Source: Terriglobales bacterium (GTDB lineage: Bacteria > Acidobacteriota > Terriglobia > Terriglobales > Acidobacteriaceae). From it: DNA of 64,000 bases. The DNA is taken from the NCBI GenBank assembly GCA_041691575.1, contig JBEPUJ010000014.1, positions 24,238 through 88,237 of the forward strand, read 5' to 3'. Below, in pieces: positions 38,329 through 47,839 of this stretch. Made by a program: the position numbers and the translations under genes. Below the pieces are notes generated by a model. It searched no databases. It worked only from the letters and a program-made list of their open reading frames with translations, and was not told the DNA's origin. Within the stretch, counting starts at the first letter, position 1. Each line of letters opens with the position of its first letter.

Positions 38329-39177
38329 ATGGCCGCTGATATCCAATCAACCATCGCTTCGTGGCAGCCGTCTTACTGGCTCTCCGCTTCGGTGCTGCTC
38401 AGCTCGGCAGTGTACTGCCGGGGATGGCTGGCGATCCGAAAGACGAGGCCCGCGCAATTCCCCCTGTGGCGGCTGAATACCTTTCTGCTGGCCATGACGA
38501 TTTTGTGGCTGGCGATCGGCTCCCCGCTGGACGCATTTGCGGATGTGACGCTGTCCGCGCACATGGTCGAGCACCTGCTGCTCATGTCGGTTGTGCCGCC
38601 GCTGGTCTGGCTGTCCAATCCAACTGTCCCCATGCTGCGCGGACTGCCTCGCTGGCTGGTGAAGCGCGTGCTTGGCCCACTCATCCGCATCCGGCGGCTG
38701 CGGCAGTTCAGCCATTGGCTCATCCGCCCGCGCATCGCCTGGATCGTGCTGAACGTCATCTTTCTGGGATGGCATGTCCCTGCCGCCTATGACTTTGCCC
38801 TGACGTACGAAGGGTGGCACATCGTCGAGCACATGTGTTTTCTCTTTGCGTCTCTGCTCTTCTGGTGGCCGATCATTCGTCCATGGCCTACCGGCGGACG
38901 TGTCTATACCTGGGGGCTGATCCTGTATCTCCTCTCAGCGGACGTCGTCAACACCGCGCTCTCCGCGTTCCTCGCCTTCTGCACCCGGCCGATGTATCCG
39001 TTCTACCTGACGCAGCCGAATCCGTTTGGGCTTTCGCCGCTTGCCGATCAGGTGATCGGAGCGGTCATCATGTGGGTCTTCGGCTCTATCGTCTTCCTGA
39101 TTCCCGCCATCTTCATCACGCTCAGGCTGCTCCAGCCTGAGCAGCTTCGCGTCCCCGACAGGGAATATGGCGTCTGA
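38329..39177 (+). CDS. ctaG: caa3-type oxidase assembly factor CtaG
   Basis: SAHMVEHLLL, GWHVPAAYD, HIVEH, DQVIGAVIMW. Confidence 0.9.
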   Translation: MAADIQSTIASWQPSYWLSASVLLSSAVYCRGWLAIRKTRPAQFPLWRLNTFLLAMTILWLAIGSPLDAFADVTLSAHMVEHLLLMSVVPPLVWLSNPTVPMLRGLPRWLVKRVLGPLIRIRRLRQFSHWLIRPRIAWIVLNVIFLGWHVPAAYDFALTYEGWHIVEHMCFLFASLLFWWPIIRPWPTGGRVYTWGLILYLLSADVVNTALSAFLAFCTRPMYPFYLTQPNPFGLSPLADQVIGAVIMWVFGSIVFLIPAIFITLRLLQPEQLRVPDREYGV

Positions 39178-39199
39178 TGTTCCCATTCTGCGATGGCGT

Positions 39200-41209
39200 T
39201 CACGGTAATACTGTCAACGCGGCATTGCTCGATGTCTCCGGCTCAACTTCATCGAAGTGCTTGCGGATTCGCTTTGCCGTCGCCGCATTCACCACTGCGG
39301 TCAACGCATCCGGCCCTGCCTGCCGAATGCCTCGTATGCTGCCGAAGTGCTCGATCAGGCGCTGTCGCGTCCTTGGTCCCACGCCCGGAATCTCCAGCAA
39401 CTCGCTGTCGCGGTCGCGCATCTGCCGCCGTTTGCGGTGATAGGTCACCGCGAAGCGATGGCTCTCGTCGCGAATCTTCTGCATCAGGTGGAGCACGGGA
39501 GAGCGGCGGTCCAGCACCACCGGCTCATTCTCCTGCCCATAGACGTAGATGATCTCTTCCCGCTTGGCAATCGAGGCGAGCGGTTGCAGCGTGACGCCAA
39601 TCTCTTCCAGCGCCGCATACGCTGCATGAAGCTGGCCGAGGCCGCCATCGATGAGGATGAGCGAAGGGAACGGTTTCTTGTCATCCTGTAGCCGCTTGTA
39701 GCGCCGCTGAATTACCTCGCGCATGCTGGCAAAGTCGTCGACTCCGCTCACAGTCTTCACCTGGAACTTGCGGTAGTCGGACTTCTTCATCGCCCCGTCT
39801 TCCCACACGACCATGGAAGCTACTGTCTCCGCGCCCTGGATGTGCGAGATGTCGAAGCACTCGATCCGTCGCGGCAACTCTTCCAGCGTCAGGGCATCCT
39901 GCAACGCCTCTTGAATCGCCTTCATCGCAGGTTGCAACACGCGGAACCGCTGGTCGTAGGACTGCTTCGCATTCTGGCACACCAGGTCCACGAGCGAGCG
40001 CTTCTCGCCTCGCTGCGGAACCAGAATTTCAACCCGCTTGCCGGTGCGTTCCGAGAGCATCTCCGCCAGCACCGCACGGTCGGGAAACTCCACTGGCACC
40101 AGAACGGATCGCGGTACATAGCTCTGGTCGAGGTAGAGCTGTTTGAGAAACGCCGCGAAGAACACCGATGGGCTGAATCGAGCGCCGGGCTCTGAGACCG
40201 CCGTATGCTGCACGACCTCGCTGCCCTCGCCAACGTTGCCCTCGCCAATCTCGGGAGCCGTCACCGCAGGATCAGGCTCTATCCGGGGGGAAGCTTCGAC
40301 TTCGTCCTTTTCGCCGGTGTGCTCATTCAGCGTCTCCGACAAAAACTCCGGCAGGTCCTCCCAGAAGAAATCGCGGCGATCGACGATCTTGCCATGACGC
40401 ATATGGAAGAGGTTCACCGCGATCATCTCGTTCTCGTAGTGATAGCCGAAGACGTCCGCATCCTCGTTATCGGTCGTGGCGATCCTCTGCTTGTCGTGCA
40501 TCTGGTGGACGGTCACGATCTGGTCGCGCAGCCGCCCGGCCAGCTCAAACTGTTCTGCCTCGGCGGCCTCCTCCATGCGCCGGGTCAGCGAATGCTCCAA
40601 CTCAGTCGTTCGCCCTTCGAGAAAGAGTTGCACATCGCGAATGGTCTCTTTGTAGATCTCAGGAGTCGTCAAGCCTTCGACGCATGGCCCCAGGCATCGC
40701 TTGATGTAGTACTGCAAACACGCCCGCGGATGATAGCGCGACAGATCGACCTTGCAGCTTGGAATAAGAAAGCTGCGATGGATTAAATCCACCAGCCGGT
40801 ACGCCAGATTGCCGGGAAAGTACGGCCCAAAGTAGGCCGCGCCATCCTTCCTGAGCCGCCGTGTCACAAACACCTTCGGATAGCGGTCGTTCATCGTCAG
40901 CTTGATATACGGATAGGTCTTGTCGTCGCGCAGCAGGATATTGAATCGCGGCTTCTTCTGCTTGATGAGGTTGTTCTCGAGCGCCAGCGCCTCATGCTCA
41001 TTGGCGACCGTGATGTACTCCACATCGACCGCCTCGCGCATCAGCGATCCGGTCTTTGCGTTCGCCTGCGATGCCTCCAGGAAATACGACCGCACGCGCG
41101 CGCGCAGGTTCTTCGCCTTGCCGACGTAGATCACCTCGCCCTCGGCGTTTTTGTAGAGGTAACAACCCGGCTGCGTGGGGATGGTTCGAATTTTCTGGTG
41201 AAGGTCCAT
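39200..41209 (-). CDS. uvrC: Excinuclease ABC subunit C
   Basis: GCYLY..YVGKAKNLRARVRSYF, ECFDISH, IDGGLGQ, RDESHRFA, HhH. Confidence 0.97.
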   Translation of the reverse strand: MDLHQKIRTIPTQPGCYLYKNAEGEVIYVGKAKNLRARVRSYFLEASQANAKTGSLMREAVDVEYITVANEHEALALENNLIKQKKPRFNILLRDDKTYPYIKLTMNDRYPKVFVTRRLRKDGAAYFGPYFPGNLAYRLVDLIHRSFLIPSCKVDLSRYHPRACLQYYIKRCLGPCVEGLTTPEIYKETIRDVQLFLEGRTTELEHSLTRRMEEAAEAEQFELAGRLRDQIVTVHQMHDKQRIATTDNEDADVFGYHYENEMIAVNLFHMRHGKIVDRRDFFWEDLPEFLSETLNEHTGEKDEVEASPRIEPDPAVTAPEIGEGNVGEGSEVVQHTAVSEPGARFSPSVFFAAFLKQLYLDQSYVPRSVLVPVEFPDRAVLAEMLSERTGKRVEILVPQRGEKRSLVDLVCQNAKQSYDQRFRVLQPAMKAIQEALQDALTLEELPRRIECFDISHIQGAETVASMVVWEDGAMKKSDYRKFQVKTVSGVDDFASMREVIQRRYKRLQDDKKPFPSLILIDGGLGQLHAAYAALEEIGVTLQPLASIAKREEIIYVYGQENEPVVLDRRSPVLHLMQKIRDESHRFAVTYHRKRRQMRDRDSELLEIPGVGPRTRQRLIEHFGSIRGIRQAGPDALTAVVNAATAKRIRKHFDEVEPETSSNAALTVLP

Positions 41210-41461
41210 GCTGCAATTCAACCCTGGAGTTTCAGTGTAGCCGGATACAGTTCGTGCGGCTTTCGCACCGAATCGACTGGGTAGATTTGACGCATCTTTG
41301 AATCAAAAGTTCCCGATTTACCAAACTTCGTTAAAAGCCGCCTTCATCGCTTCTATTCCATATGACTGAAAAATAATGGTTTATATCGTGGAGCGTTTGG
41401 CAGATGGATTGCACTCGTATCTGCGTTGAAGATTGTCACAAACAAACAGGAGATGAAACCA

Positions 41462-42232
41462 ATGAGCTCCAATATGCGATTAGATAACCGCACCGCAACA
41501 AAAATAAAGTCTGCCTGCACCCTCTTCCTCGCCAGCGCATTTGTTGTTGCCTGCACGGTCGGCTGCTCCAGCAAAAACTATGTCCGCTCGCAAACCGCGC
41601 CGATTGTTCAACAGACCAACGAGCTGGATGCCAAGACCGCTGCCGATCACCGCAATATTCTGGATACCGATGAGCGTGCCCAGCATGGAATTGCCGGAGC
41701 CCAGACTGCTGCCGATACTGCAAACCAGCACGCCGTCGCTGCCGGTCAGTCTGCTGATACGGCAACCCAATCCGCGCAGGAAGCGTACAACCGCGTCGAT
41801 AGCCTGAGCGGGGTTGTCGCCAACCTGGACAACTACAAGCCGCTCTCCGAAGTGAGCGTTACCTTTGCATTCGATAAGTCCGTCCTTACCGCTGCGGACA
41901 AGAAGAAGCTCGATGACCTCGCAACCAATTTGGCCACTGCTCGCGGCTACATTCTTGAAGTAACTGGCGGCACCGATTCGACCGGCGATGCGAACTACAA
42001 CTACCAGCTAAGCCAGCATCGTGCAGACGCTGTGGTCAATTACCTGGCGTCGAAGTACAACATCCCGCCTCATAAGTTCTACCTGATCGGCATCGGCAAG
42101 GATCAAGAGGTTGCGAGCAACCGGACTGCGGCTGGTCGTGCCCAGAACCGTCGCGTCGAAATTAAACTGATGTCGAATATAGCCAATCAACCGGCTAACG
42201 CTGCAGCTACGCCAGGCCCGAACGGCCAGTAG
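41462..42232 (+). CDS. OmpA-family lipoprotein
   Basis: Lipobox VGC; TDSTG..YNYQLSQHRA..V, NRRVEI; AGGAG upstream. Confidence 0.88.
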   Translation: MSSNMRLDNRTATKIKSACTLFLASAFVVACTVGCSSKNYVRSQTAPIVQQTNELDAKTAADHRNILDTDERAQHGIAGAQTAADTANQHAVAAGQSADTATQSAQEAYNRVDSLSGVVANLDNYKPLSEVSVTFAFDKSVLTAADKKKLDDLATNLATARGYILEVTGGTDSTGDANYNYQLSQHRADAVVNYLASKYNIPPHKFYLIGIGKDQEVASNRTAAGRAQNRRVEIKLMSNIANQPANAAATPGPNGQ

Positions 42233-42263
42233 TCTGCTCTTCGCAAGCCTCTCGGTAAAATGC

Positions 42264-42298
42264 AGCGCGCCCGTCATGCGGGCGCGCTTGCTTTTTTA
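42264..42298 (+). terminator. Intrinsic terminator
   Basis: AGCGCGCCCG-TCATG-CGGGCGCGCT then TGCTTTTTT. Confidence 0.75.
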
Positions 42299-42308
42299 TG
42301 TGATGGAT

Positions 42309-42536
42309 CTAGTTTTTGTACTTCCAATAAACGATTGCCATCAGCGCGGAAGCCACGATCACCCAGGAAAACTGATACCAGTAGAAAAAAGGAAAGCCCC
42401 ATAAGGCCGGTGTTGCGCGCGCATAGATCTGGGGAAAGCATAGCCCGAAGTAAGGCAGAGTAAGCAGCAGGAGATACCACCTGCGCTGCTTTGGCTGGGC
42501 TGTTGTCTCCGGGGCTTGATCTACATTTTGCGCCAT
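42309..42536 (-). CDS. DUF3311 small membrane protein
   Basis: YARATPALWGFPFFYWYQFSW. Confidence 0.8.
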   Translation of the reverse strand: MAQNVDQAPETTAQPKQRRWYLLLLTLPYFGLCFPQIYARATPALWGFPFFYWYQFSWVIVASALMAIVYWKYKN

Positions 42537-42601
42537 ATGCTCGAAAGCATAACTCATAACTCGTGGGCAGGGAACTGCGAGCAATCGAGTAAAGTGGAGC
42601 T

Positions 42602-43498
42602 ATGGCCGTGCCCGCTCCAAAACTTCCAGAACCTGAGCCACTTCAGCCTGCGCCTGTCAGCATGGATGCGATAGCTGAAGCGATCGCCATCATGGCTCGC
42701 CTGCGCGGCCCTAACGGCTGCCCGTGGGACCGCGAGCAGACCTTCGACACCATCAAGCGGCACACGCTGGAGGAGACCTACGAGGTCTTCGATGCAATCG
42801 AACGCCGCGCGTGGCCCGATCTGAAAGATGAGCTTGGCGACCTCCTCCTGCAGGTTCTCTTCTATGTGCAGATGGCCGCCGAAGCTGGCCACTTCAACAT
42901 TGCGGATGTCGCAGCCAATCTCAACGCCAAACTCATTCGTCGCCATCCGCATATCTTTGGCGATGTGCAGGCGACCGATGCCGAAGCGGTGCTTCGCAAC
43001 TGGGAGCAGATTAAGCGCGCAGAGAAAGATGTGTCGAAAGAGGCGTCCGCGAAAACACACGCCTCCATGCTGGACGACATTCCCCGAACCATGCCGGCGA
43101 TGCTGGAGGCAGGCAAGCTTGGCTCGCGCGCTGCCAAGGTCGGCTTCGACTGGCCCAGCGCCGACGGCCTCTTCGACAAGCTGCAGGAGGAGATCGCTGA
43201 GCTTCACGCCGAACTGCCTTCTACGGAGAGTCAACCCGCAGCCTCAGCATCTACAGCATCTTCAGCCGCCGAAGAAGAGCTTGGCGATCTTCTCTTCACC
43301 GCGGTCAACCTCGCCCGTCATCTCAAGCTCGATCCGGAATCGGCCCTTCGCTTCAGCAACGCAAAATTTCGCCGCCGCTTCGCCGCAATGGAGTCGGAGG
43401 CCGGTGGCCGGGATGCGCTGAGCGCCCTTACGCCGCAGCAATTGGATGAGCTATGGAACCGCGCGAAAGATGTCGTCCGGGAGCCGTCAGAACGATGA
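42602..43498 (+). CDS. mazG: Nucleoside triphosphate pyrophosphohydrolase
   Basis: GCPWDREQT, EETYEV, ELGDLLLQV, RRHPHIFG, EELGDLLF. Confidence 0.96.
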   Translation: MAVPAPKLPEPEPLQPAPVSMDAIAEAIAIMARLRGPNGCPWDREQTFDTIKRHTLEETYEVFDAIERRAWPDLKDELGDLLLQVLFYVQMAAEAGHFNIADVAANLNAKLIRRHPHIFGDVQATDAEAVLRNWEQIKRAEKDVSKEASAKTHASMLDDIPRTMPAMLEAGKLGSRAAKVGFDWPSADGLFDKLQEEIAELHAELPSTESQPAASASTASSAAEEELGDLLFTAVNLARHLKLDPESALRFSNAKFRRRFAAMESEAGGRDALSALTPQQLDELWNRAKDVVREPSER

Positions 43499-44259
43499 GT
43501 GCCACTCCACAGCGCGATATTCGCATCAGCCCGCTCACCAGCTTCGAGCACTTTGATCGCTGTGCCGAGGTGCAGCAGGAGATATGGGGTTACGGAGATG
43601 GAGATGTTGTCTCCCGCCGCATCTTCACTGTTGTGTCGCACATTGGCGGCCAAATACTCGGCGCCTTCGATGGCGACACAATCGTAGGCTTTGCCTTTTC
43701 GTTGCCCGGCTACCGCGAAGGGCATGCATATCTCCATTCGCACATACTCGCTGTCCTGCCGGACTATCGCAACGCCGGCATCGGACGCCGCCTCAAACTT
43801 GCGCAGCGCGATGATGCCATCGCAAGAGGGTTCGATCTGATGGAGTGGACCTTCGATCCGCTGGAGATTAAAAATGCGCACCTGAATATCGCCCGGCTTG
43901 GCGCCATCGTTCGGCGCTACGAGCCCGATTGCTACGGCCCTTCCACTTCTCCCTTGCAGGGCGGCCTTCCGACGGATAGGCTATACGCGGAGTGGTGGCT
44001 GCGGTCTCCGCGCGTGGCCGATCTGCTGCGCGCAGAGGCTCCTCCAGCCCAGTCTGTCGAGCAACGTGTAACTGTCCCACATGACACCTATCACTGGAAG
44101 CAGGACCCGCAGCAGCGAAGTCTCGCACAAGCAGTACAAAGCGGTAATAGGGAGGCACTTGAATCGGCATTCCATCGCGGCCTGGCCGTCATCGGCTACG
44201 AGTGCGACCGCGATGGCAACGGTACTTTTCTTCTTGGCAGATGGGATGCGCCTCGATAG
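43495..44259 (+). CDS. GNAT acyltransferase of the type linked to NSAR/OSBS
   Basis: LHSHILAV..YRNAGIGRRLKLAQR, WTFDPLE..NA..N, PTDRL; ATGA overlap with mazG. Confidence 0.8.
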   Translation: MSATPQRDIRISPLTSFEHFDRCAEVQQEIWGYGDGDVVSRRIFTVVSHIGGQILGAFDGDTIVGFAFSLPGYREGHAYLHSHILAVLPDYRNAGIGRRLKLAQRDDAIARGFDLMEWTFDPLEIKNAHLNIARLGAIVRRYEPDCYGPSTSPLQGGLPTDRLYAEWWLRSPRVADLLRAEAPPAQSVEQRVTVPHDTYHWKQDPQQRSLAQAVQSGNREALESAFHRGLAVIGYECDRDGNGTFLLGRWDAPR

Positions 44260-44374
44260 ACGCGATAGATGAGATAGATGAAATTTGCGTGAAGAGTGCT
44301 GGTGTCGGCCCATTCTCTTCACTGGATCACCGACAATTCATTAAGATCGAAATCCTCGAAAGACAGGAGTGCTC

Positions 44375-45505
44375 ATGCTGAAGATCGATGCCATCCACCT
44401 GCGCGAGATCAATATGCCGCTGGCCTATCCATTCGAAACCAGCTTCGGCCTCACTACCAGACGCCGCATTCTTCTGATTGAGCTTGAGTCGGAAGGCCTC
44501 TCTGCATGGGGCGAGTGTATCGCCGGGGAGCATCCTTACTTCAGCGACGAGATGATCGACACCGCGTGGATCGTCACCGAGACGGAACTCGCTCCACGTC
44601 TGCTTGAGGCGGAGTTGCAAGGCGGCGGCGGTTGTCCCCATCTCTTTCGCCAGGTCCGCGGCCATCGCATGGCTAAGGCCGCGCTTGAGAATGCGGTATG
44701 GGATCTTGAGGCGCAGATTGGAAAGATGCCTCTCGCAGAGCTTCTCGGCGGCACGCGCGCCGTTATCTCCTGCGGAGTCTCTATCGGCATCCAGCCCTCG
44801 GTCGAGCATTTGATGGACAAGATCGCCACTGAATTAGCGGCGGGTTACCAGCGCATCAAGCTCAAGTGCAAACCTGGCTGGGACACCAGCATCTTCGAGG
44901 CGGTGCGCGCCCGCTGGCCTGAGATCACGCTGAGCTGCGACGCCAACTCCGCCTACCGCATGAAGGACTTCGATCACATCGCCAGTTGGGATCAGTTCAA
45001 CCTGCTGATGATCGAGCAGCCACTCTGGTACGACGATTTCTACTTTCATGCCATGCTGCAGAAGCGTCTCGAAACCGCCATCTGCCTGGACGAATCCATT
45101 CGCAACCGACGCGATGCCCTGGCCGCCATCGACATGGAGTCCTGCCGCATCCTCAACATCAAGGTCGGCCGCGTCGGTGGATTCAGTGAAGCCATCGCTG
45201 TTCACAACGCCGCAGCCGAGCGAGGCATTCCTGTCTGGTGCGGCGGCATGTTGGAGACCGGGATAGGCCGCGCCCACAACATTGCGCTCTCTTCGCTGCC
45301 CAACTTCTCGCTTCCCGGCGACGTCTCCGCCTCCAGCCGCTACTGGACCGAAGACATTATCGAACCGGAAGTCACGGTCAGCAAAAAAGGAGAGATCGTT
45401 GTCCCAACCTCCATCGGTAGCGGCTACAAGATCGAGCGCGACCATATCGAGAGGTTGACGGTTCGCCGCCAGACTCTGCGACCGCAGGCGCGCGTAATTG
45501 CCTGA
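44375..45505 (+). CDS. menC: o-succinylbenzoate synthase / N-succinylamino acid racemase family enolase
   Basis: PFETSFG, RIKLK, DAN, EQP, DES, NIKVGRVGG, WCGGMLE. Confidence 0.9.
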   Translation: MLKIDAIHLREINMPLAYPFETSFGLTTRRRILLIELESEGLSAWGECIAGEHPYFSDEMIDTAWIVTETELAPRLLEAELQGGGGCPHLFRQVRGHRMAKAALENAVWDLEAQIGKMPLAELLGGTRAVISCGVSIGIQPSVEHLMDKIATELAAGYQRIKLKCKPGWDTSIFEAVRARWPEITLSCDANSAYRMKDFDHIASWDQFNLLMIEQPLWYDDFYFHAMLQKRLETAICLDESIRNRRDALAAIDMESCRILNIKVGRVGGFSEAIAVHNAAAERGIPVWCGGMLETGIGRAHNIALSSLPNFSLPGDVSASSRYWTEDIIEPEVTVSKKGEIVVPTSIGSGYKIERDHIERLTVRRQTLRPQARVIA

Positions 45506-45514
45506 GCACGCGCA

Positions 45515-46549
45515 TTATTTTGTTGGCAGAGGCGTATCCAGCAGCATTCGGACAGCGTCCTGATAGCTGATCGGACCGGGCAATGTCTGAAAGGATTCCG
45601 CCGACACATCGGCATTGACATTGATTGTCTTCAGCAGCAACGCCCTCACTTTTACCTGCTGCGTGAAGTGCGTAAAGATCCATCGGTTGTCGCCAACATG
45701 CGTCTGGTCCAGCGTAACGCGTCCGCCCGGATAGATATGCGCCAGCATGCCCCAGCCGAAGTTGACCGGGCGAAAGATCGTTCCTTCCAGGCGAACCAGT
45801 TGACGGCTCTTCGCGTCGATCCAGACTCGCCCTTCCAACCCTGTCAAAGCCTGTGCGGGCGTGCTGGGCGGATTGAACTTCGGATTGGGTTTGTAGTCGA
45901 GCACAACTTCCAGCGCGCCGCCATTGTTGCCCGTTTGCGGCTGTCCGGGCGTGTAGCTGTAGATCATGGCATCAGGCAGCAGGCGCATCAGTTGGTCTGC
46001 GAGCTTCTTGCCCTCGCCTTCATTCTTGACGTGTTTGGCATAATCCGATGGAGAGGCGATCATGTCGGCCAGACGCTGCCGCTCCGCCTTATCCTCTTCT
46101 TCGGTTAGCGGCCGTCCATCCTTCAATATTAATCGTGCTACCGGGCCATCCTTGCTTTCGATGAGATCCCGCACCCGGTCGCCCTTGGTGTCGATCGTGT
46201 GCATGCGGTAGCGCAGATACGATCCCGAATGGTACATCGCCGTCAGTTCGTTTGCCACCGTATCGACAATCCAGGATCGCGGGGACTCCGCCAGCGGGTT
46301 CGCTGGGGCTGCATGCCTGGTTGTTGGCCCGTTCTGTCCCAGAGCCGCCGGGCTGGTTGATCCGGCGCATAACACGAGGGCTCCCACGATAAGCCAGCAC
46401 GTTCTCAAGAGGCACCTTTGAAATGCTTGCTGTCGCAGCGTATCTAGCGGAATATCGTCACCTCTACTGGCAGCGCCTCTTGTCAACCCCGACTCCCGAT
46501 CTTCAGCCTGTTCCACCCATCCTAAGTCAGACGTATAAAGAGGCCGCAA
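45515..46549 (-). CDS. Hypothetical exported protein
   Basis: Long ORF with hydrophobic signal/anchor; start uncertain. Confidence 0.65.
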   Translation of the reverse strand: MRPLYTSDLGWVEQAEDRESGLTRGAASRGDDIPLDTLRQQAFQRCLLRTCWLIVGALVLCAGSTSPAALGQNGPTTRHAAPANPLAESPRSWIVDTVANELTAMYHSGSYLRYRMHTIDTKGDRVRDLIESKDGPVARLILKDGRPLTEEEDKAERQRLADMIASPSDYAKHVKNEGEGKKLADQLMRLLPDAMIYSYTPGQPQTGNNGGALEVVLDYKPNPKFNPPSTPAQALTGLEGRVWIDAKSRQLVRLEGTIFRPVNFGWGMLAHIYPGGRVTLDQTHVGDNRWIFTHFTQQVKVRALLLKTINVNADVSAESFQTLPGPISYQDAVRMLLDTPLPTK

Positions 46550-46584
46550 AGTTTGCTCATAAGTCGTTGCAAAGTTTGCTCAGT

Positions 46585-46613
46585 TTGCCTCTCAACTTGG
46601 GCTTGGGTATAGT
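46585..46613 (+). promoter_or_regulatory. Sigma70-type promoter of the bactofilin operon
   Basis: TTGCCT-N17-TATAGT. Confidence 0.55.
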
Positions 46614-46664
46614 TCGGGCAAGACACACTCTCAGTTGACAGCGTCACGAGGAGAATAAAAGCGA

Positions 46665-47084
46665 ATGAAGCCAGCAGAAGGTTCCACCGTTATTGGTAAG
46701 TCAGTCGTTATCCGCGGAGAGATCTCCGGCAAAGAAGATCTATACCTGGACTGCGACATCGAGGGCACCATTACTCTGCCCGAAAGCCAGTTGACCCTGG
46801 GGCCGGACGCGCGCATTGTCGCCAATGTCACTGTCCGCGACCTTATCGTCTTCGGCAAACTCACCGGCAACGTTCAGGCCACAGGGCGCGTCGATCTGCG
46901 CCAGTCCGCGTCCGTTACGGGAGACATTGTTGCCGGTCGGCTCTCGATCGAGGAAAGCGCCATACTCAAGGGACGTGTGGAACTAAAGACCGGCGAAGCG
47001 CAATCGACGGCCCCCATCACGAAACAAACTTCGCCCGCGGCGGTGGTTGGCTCTGAGCCTCTCGTCCTCCAGCCCAAGGCCTGA
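46665..47084 (+). CDS. Bactofilin (polymer-forming cytoskeletal protein)
   Basis: IGKSVVIRGEISGKEDLYLD..IEG, V.GDI....LSIEE.A...G beta-helix repeats. Confidence 0.9.
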   Translation: MKPAEGSTVIGKSVVIRGEISGKEDLYLDCDIEGTITLPESQLTLGPDARIVANVTVRDLIVFGKLTGNVQATGRVDLRQSASVTGDIVAGRLSIEESAILKGRVELKTGEAQSTAPITKQTSPAAVVGSEPLVLQPKA

Positions 47085-47104
47085 ACAGAAAGGGAAGCGA
47101 GTGA

Positions 47105-47740
47105 ATGCGCAATCTCTTCGGCAGCGATAACACCGGCAGCGCCAAAGGAGCGGGAGGCGACCGCATCCCCCGCCATTCGAGCGGGTGGAAGGAGTTGCTC
47201 AAGCATCTGAGCACGCAGGAATCGCTGCGCGTTCTCGACATCGGCCCTACATCGTCGACCAACATCAACTACATCACCAGCCTCGGCCATAGCATCTACA
47301 TGGCGAATCTGGTAGAAGAGGCGGCAAAGCCTGAGTGGATGGTCCCCGGCGAGGAAGGCGCGCCGCCCAGCTTTAATGTCGACGGCTTTCTTACGGCTAA
47401 CCTCAATTTTTCCGGACGCATCTTCGATGTAGTGATTCTCTGGGACACGGCGGATTATCTGCCCGAACCTCTGCTTGCGCCGGTCTTCGCCCGTATTCAC
47501 GAGGTGCTGCAACCCGGTGGCCTCATGCTCGCGTTCTTTCATGCGGCGGCGGACCCGGAAGCGCCGTTTCATCGTTACCATCTCACCGACACGGATGTCG
47601 TTGAGATGCAGCGCTCGGGAAACTATCCGCTGCTGCATGTCTACAGCAATCGAAAGATCGAGAACATGCTGACTGAATTCAGTAACTATCGCTTCTTTTT
47701 GGCGAAAGATAGTTTGCGTGAAGTCATTATCACGCGATAG
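47105..47740 (+). CDS. Class I SAM-methyltransferase-fold protein
   Basis: VLDIGP, FDVVILWD..DYL, LQPGG. Confidence 0.65.
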   Translation: MRNLFGSDNTGSAKGAGGDRIPRHSSGWKELLKHLSTQESLRVLDIGPTSSTNINYITSLGHSIYMANLVEEAAKPEWMVPGEEGAPPSFNVDGFLTANLNFSGRIFDVVILWDTADYLPEPLLAPVFARIHEVLQPGGLMLAFFHAAADPEAPFHRYHLTDTDVVEMQRSGNYPLLHVYSNRKIENMLTEFSNYRFFLAKDSLREVIITR

Positions 47741-47785
47741 CCCAGGCCTCTATCGAGGCTCTTCCCAAAAATCAGCTTATAAAGT

Positions 47786-47830
47786 AAAAAAGCGCAAGCG
47801 CCATAGGTCATGGCGCTTGCGCTCTTTATT
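47786..47830. terminator. Bidirectional intrinsic terminator
   Basis: AAAAA-AGCGCAAGCGCCAT-AGGTC-ATGGCGCTTGCGCT-CTTT between convergent genes. Confidence 0.8.
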
Positions 47831-47839
47831 CTTGCGAAA

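Noticed and set aside
26914-39199. tRNA-anchored genomic island
   Set aside because: The block lies at the tRNA 5' side, and I found no integrase or duplicated tRNA 3' end; weaker skew alone is not enough
40190-40345. Insertions in uvrC (and pyrE, guaB, lnt, rimP) as more repeat invasions
   Set aside because: No palindrome or match to the repeat families; they look like ordinary lineage-specific loops
41250-41264. LexA-like GTTC-N7-TTTC upstream of uvrC
   Set aside because: One mismatch to GTTC-N7-GTTC, part of a hairpin, and no counterpart upstream of uvrA
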